From NCBI GenBank assembly GCA_963752705.1, contig CAVVZM010000002.1, positions 440,877 through 472,876 of the forward strand: DNA of 32,000 nucleotides, read 5' to 3'. Numbering within the stretch: position 1 is the first letter of the stretch; each line of letters starts with the position of its first letter. Shown piece by piece: positions 29,439 through 32,000 of this stretch. Origin of the DNA: an uncultured Actinomycetota bacterium. Lineage in GTDB: Bacteria > Actinomycetota > Actinomycetes > Actinomycetales > Dermatophilaceae. The notes below the pieces were generated by a model. It was not told the origin of the DNA. It made no database searches and was given only the letters and a program-made list of their open reading frames with translations. Position numbers and translations under genes: made by a program.

Positions 29439-32000
29439 TCACTGACCGAACCAGGTGAGGGCGTTGCCGACGAGCTTGGCCTTGTCGGCGGCCGACCCGA
29501 AAGCCTCCACCGGGAAAGCCGCGAAGAAGACCTTGTAGTTCCCGGCCTGCACGGTCAGGGCGTCCGTCGCCCCCGAGTCGTCCTTGAAGGCGGCCTGCGC
29601 CGGGCCGATCGGGGTGATCTGGTCCTCGTAGTTCGCATCGAGGACGTCGTGGTTGATCGTCACCTGCCCGAGGTTCCCGGTGACCGGGCTCGGCTGCGCC
29701 GTCACGAAAGCCGTGGCCTGGTCGTTCTGGACGTCCGTACCGTTCCAGTTGACGTGCAGGTAGTTCTTCACGAAGGCCGTCGTGCCGGCAGCCTGGTCCA
29801 GCAGGTCCTGACCGGAAAGGAACAGCCGCCCACCACCGTCGAGGAACAAGGCAAGCTCGCTCTCGTATGGCGTGATCGGGCCCGGGTAGCTGTTGCCCGT
29901 CCACCACACGACGTTCTTGTGCGCCTTGAGGTATGACAGCGGCAGGTCGGGCTTCTTCGCGAGGTCCCAGTAGCCGTACTTCGCCCCGTTGGCGTCCATC
30001 GCCGCCGTGTAGTACGGCGCTGAGTCCACGGGCTTGTTCGTGTCCTCGTCGACCAGGAGGTTGTCCGTGGTCACGGCGATGCTCGTGAACGCGGCCGTCG
30101 CGGACACGCTCGGGTTCCCGACGGAGGTCACCTTCAGCGACTCCGTGTCGGTGGCGTCGTTGGCCGCACCCGCGGGGACGTCGACCTTGACGCATACCGT
30201 CGTGCTCGCGCCGCCGGCCACTGCAGGAGTGGTCGTGATCGGTGTGGTGCACGTCGCGTCGTACGCCTTGGTGGCCCACGCGCCCGAGCCCGCCAGAGTG
30301 TAGCTGTCGGTCTTGTAGCCCGAGTTGGTCACCGTCACCGGGTAGCTGATGGAGGTGCCGACCTTGGCGCCCCCGCTCTGCTCGGCCGGCTTCACCGTGA
30401 CGCCGTTGGCCGGCGCGATCGCCGTCGTGTGCGGGCTCCCCGTGGTCGAGATGCCGCTGATCGTGCGGGCCGTGAGCCCGTCGTTGACGATGCCGGTCAC
30501 CCCGCTCGCCAGCGTGGGCGAGATCTGCACCGTGAAGTGCACCTGCACCTGACCCCCGGCCGGGATGGTCAGCTGGTTCCATCTCACCGTTCCGGCGACG
30601 AACCGCCCACCCTGGTCGGCCGACACGAAGGTCGTGTTGGCCGGCAGCGGGTCGGTCACGGTGACGTTGCTCGCCGTCGCGTTACCGATGTTCTTGACGG
30701 TCACGGTGTAGTCGATCGTGCTCCCCGGACCGACGGGCTTGCCCGAGTCGCTCTTGGAGATGACGAGCGCGGCGGAGGCATCCCGGTTCTGCAGGGTGTA
30801 GGCGCCGCGGCCGTGCGTGCCGTTGATGAGCACGCCGTTCTTGGCGTCGTAGTCCAGCTGCCAGGAGGCGACCTTCGGGATGCCGTCGCCGAGCCGCTTG
30901 TAGACCCGGCCCGCATTGGTCGAGACGAACGTACCGACGTCGGTACCGACGTAGATGATGTTCGAGTCGGACGGGTCGATCACCACGGTGTTGGCCGGCA
31001 CGTCGGGCAGGTTGCCGGACGCGTCGCGGAACGTCTTGCCGCCGTCGGTGGTGGCGAAGACATGGCCCGTCTTGCCGGGGGTGGCCACCCCGAACCCGCC
31101 GTACGCGAGGTAGGCGATGCGGTAGTTGGACTTGTCCACGGCGATCTGGTCGACCGGTCGGTTGGGCAGCACGCCCTGACCGACGCGGTTCCACGTCGGC
31201 TTCGCCGCCGTCACGGCGTCGGGGCTGACCGAGACGACGGCGTCGTCGGTGCCGACCCACACACCATCGCCACCGTCGGCCACGCCGACCGCGGAGATGA
31301 CGCAGCCACGCGACCCGTTGGGCGCCGCGCCCGGGCATCCGGTCGTGAGGTCACCACTGATCGGCGTCCAGGACACGTCACCGGCCGAGGGGGCCTCGGC
31401 GTTGTCGGTGCGGTAGAGCCGGTAGGTGCCGAGGAACATCTGGTTGGTGTTCCCCCGGTTCTGCGTCCACGGGACGTAGAACTCCGCCCGGTCGGTCATG
31501 TCGATGCCACCGTCGATGGCCTCGTTGCCGAAGAAGGTGTTCACCTCGGACGGGTCGTAGCGGTAGGGGCTGATCGCGTAGTAGCTGCCGAACACATAGG
31601 CCGGATAGGCCGGGTTGACCGGGTTGACCGTCGTCTGGTCGACGATCACCTGACCGCCGTCGCCGCTGGCCTGGTCGAACCAGCGCGTGTTGGCGAGCGA
31701 CTTGCGCAGCGTGCCGTTGTCCTGCGTGCCGCCCCAGTACTGGCCGGGCACGTTGGGGACGGTGGCGATCGAGGTGAACTGCGTGATGCCGAGGCCGGTC
31801 GAGTGGATCAGGGCTCCGGTCGTGGGGTTGACCTGGCCGTTGAGGTCCTCCCAGTCCACCGAGGAGAGCGGCCCGCCGGTGAGCCGGCCACCCCGGTTGT
31901 GCGACTGCCAGACCCCGCCGTCGTTGCCGATGACGATGTGCTTGGTGTCGGTGGGCTGGAACGCGAAGGCGTGGTAGTCGGGGTGCAGGTCGTAACCCAG
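29439..32000 (-). CDS. Large secreted multidomain protein: BNR/Asp-box (sortilin/VPS10-like) beta-propeller, DUF11-type repeat domains, and an unrecognised C-terminal domain. The 5' end lies beyond the window.
   Basis: The frame stays open from 31859 to 32000 (LGYDLHPDYHAFAFQPTDTKHIVIGNDGGVWQSHNRGG...), so the track M at 31859 is a GTG inside the gene. Motifs: GGTQDNGT, Asp-box ATTDGGKTF, DUF11-like STIDYTVTVKNIGNATASNVTVTDPLP. C-terminal region: LLVDEDTN...VVWWTGNSYPG...LFLSGQD. Confidence 0.8.
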   Translation of the reverse strand: MGYDLHPDYHAFAFQPTDTKHIVIGNDGGVWQSHNRGGRLTGGPLSSVDWEDLNGQVNPTTGALIHSTGLGITQFTSIATVPNVPGQYWGGTQDNGTLRKSLANTRWFDQASGDGGQVIVDQTTVNPVNPAYPAYVFGSYYAISPYRYDPSEVNTFFGNEAIDGGIDMTDRAEFYVPWTQNRGNTNQMFLGTYRLYRTDNAEAPSAGDVSWTPISGDLTTGCPGAAPNGSRGCVISAVGVADGGDGVWVGTDDAVVSVSPDAVTAAKPTWNRVGQGVLPNRPVDQIAVDKSNYRIAYLAYGGFGVATPGKTGHVFATTDGGKTFRDASGNLPDVPANTVVIDPSDSNIIYVGTDVGTFVSTNAGRVYKRLGDGIPKVASWQLDYDAKNGVLINGTHGRGAYTLQNRDASAALVISKSDSGKPVGPGSTIDYTVTVKNIGNATASNVTVTDPLPANTTFVSADQGGRFVAGTVRWNQLTIPAGGQVQVHFTVQISPTLASGVTGIVNDGLTARTISGISTTGSPHTTAIAPANGVTVKPAEQSGGAKVGTSISYPVTVTNSGYKTDSYTLAGSGAWATKAYDATCTTPITTTPAVAGGASTTVCVKVDVPAGAANDATDTESLKVTSVGNPSVSATAAFTSIAVTTDNLLVDEDTNKPVDSAPYYTAAMDANGAKYGYWDLAKKPDLPLSYLKAHKNVVWWTGNSYPGPITPYESELALFLDGGGRLFLSGQDLLDQAAGTTAFVKNYLHVNWNGTDVQNDQATAFVTAQPSPVTGNLGQVTINHDVLDANYEDQITPIGPAQAAFKDDSGATDALTVQAGNYKVFFAAFPVEAFGSAADKAKLVGNALTWFGQ

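Overview
Very GC-rich chromosomal window (codon third positions are almost all G/C) with actinobacterial gene content. It holds about 30 genes. I saw no transposase, integrase, CRISPR array or rRNA. Left to right: (1) the conserved cell-division signalling cluster pstP-fhaB-fhaA on the minus strand, then a Pro/Glu-rich ORF and tRNA-Leu(CAG). (2) A polysaccharide deacetylase, a membrane alpha/beta hydrolase and a SnoaL-like protein. (3) A tightly packed minus-strand operon: S1C protease, MoxR, DUF58, VWA, VWA. (4) A formylglycine-generating enzyme and a HIBADH-like dehydrogenase. (5) A long minus-strand chain: DUF385 deazaflavin-type oxidoreductase (divergent from a TetR gene with two palindromic operators), CarH/LitR B12-photoreceptor regulator, SDR::CPBP fusion, CPD photolyase, TspO, Cys-type sulfatase, AlkA-like glycosylase. 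(6) A VOC protein divergent from an ECF sigma that carries a SnoaL-like C-terminal domain. (7) A lipoprotein, an SRPBCC protein, a membrane-anchored acidic His/Asp repeat protein, a PBP lipoprotein, a ferredoxin-reductase-type flavoprotein, and a 5'-truncated BNR/sortilin-DUF11 secreted protein. Three things stand out. First, a putative light-derepressed operon (carH/litR, SDR::CPBP, phr, tspO) whose second gene is an uncharacterised fusion. Second, an unusual density of reading-frame lesions in otherwise conserved genes (pstP, the reductase, the repeat protein, possibly the sulfatase N-terminus and the Pro/Glu ORF). Third, a 306-bp intergenic region packed with perfect GC hairpins. Everything here comes from reading and translating the sequence by eye. 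No database search was run.
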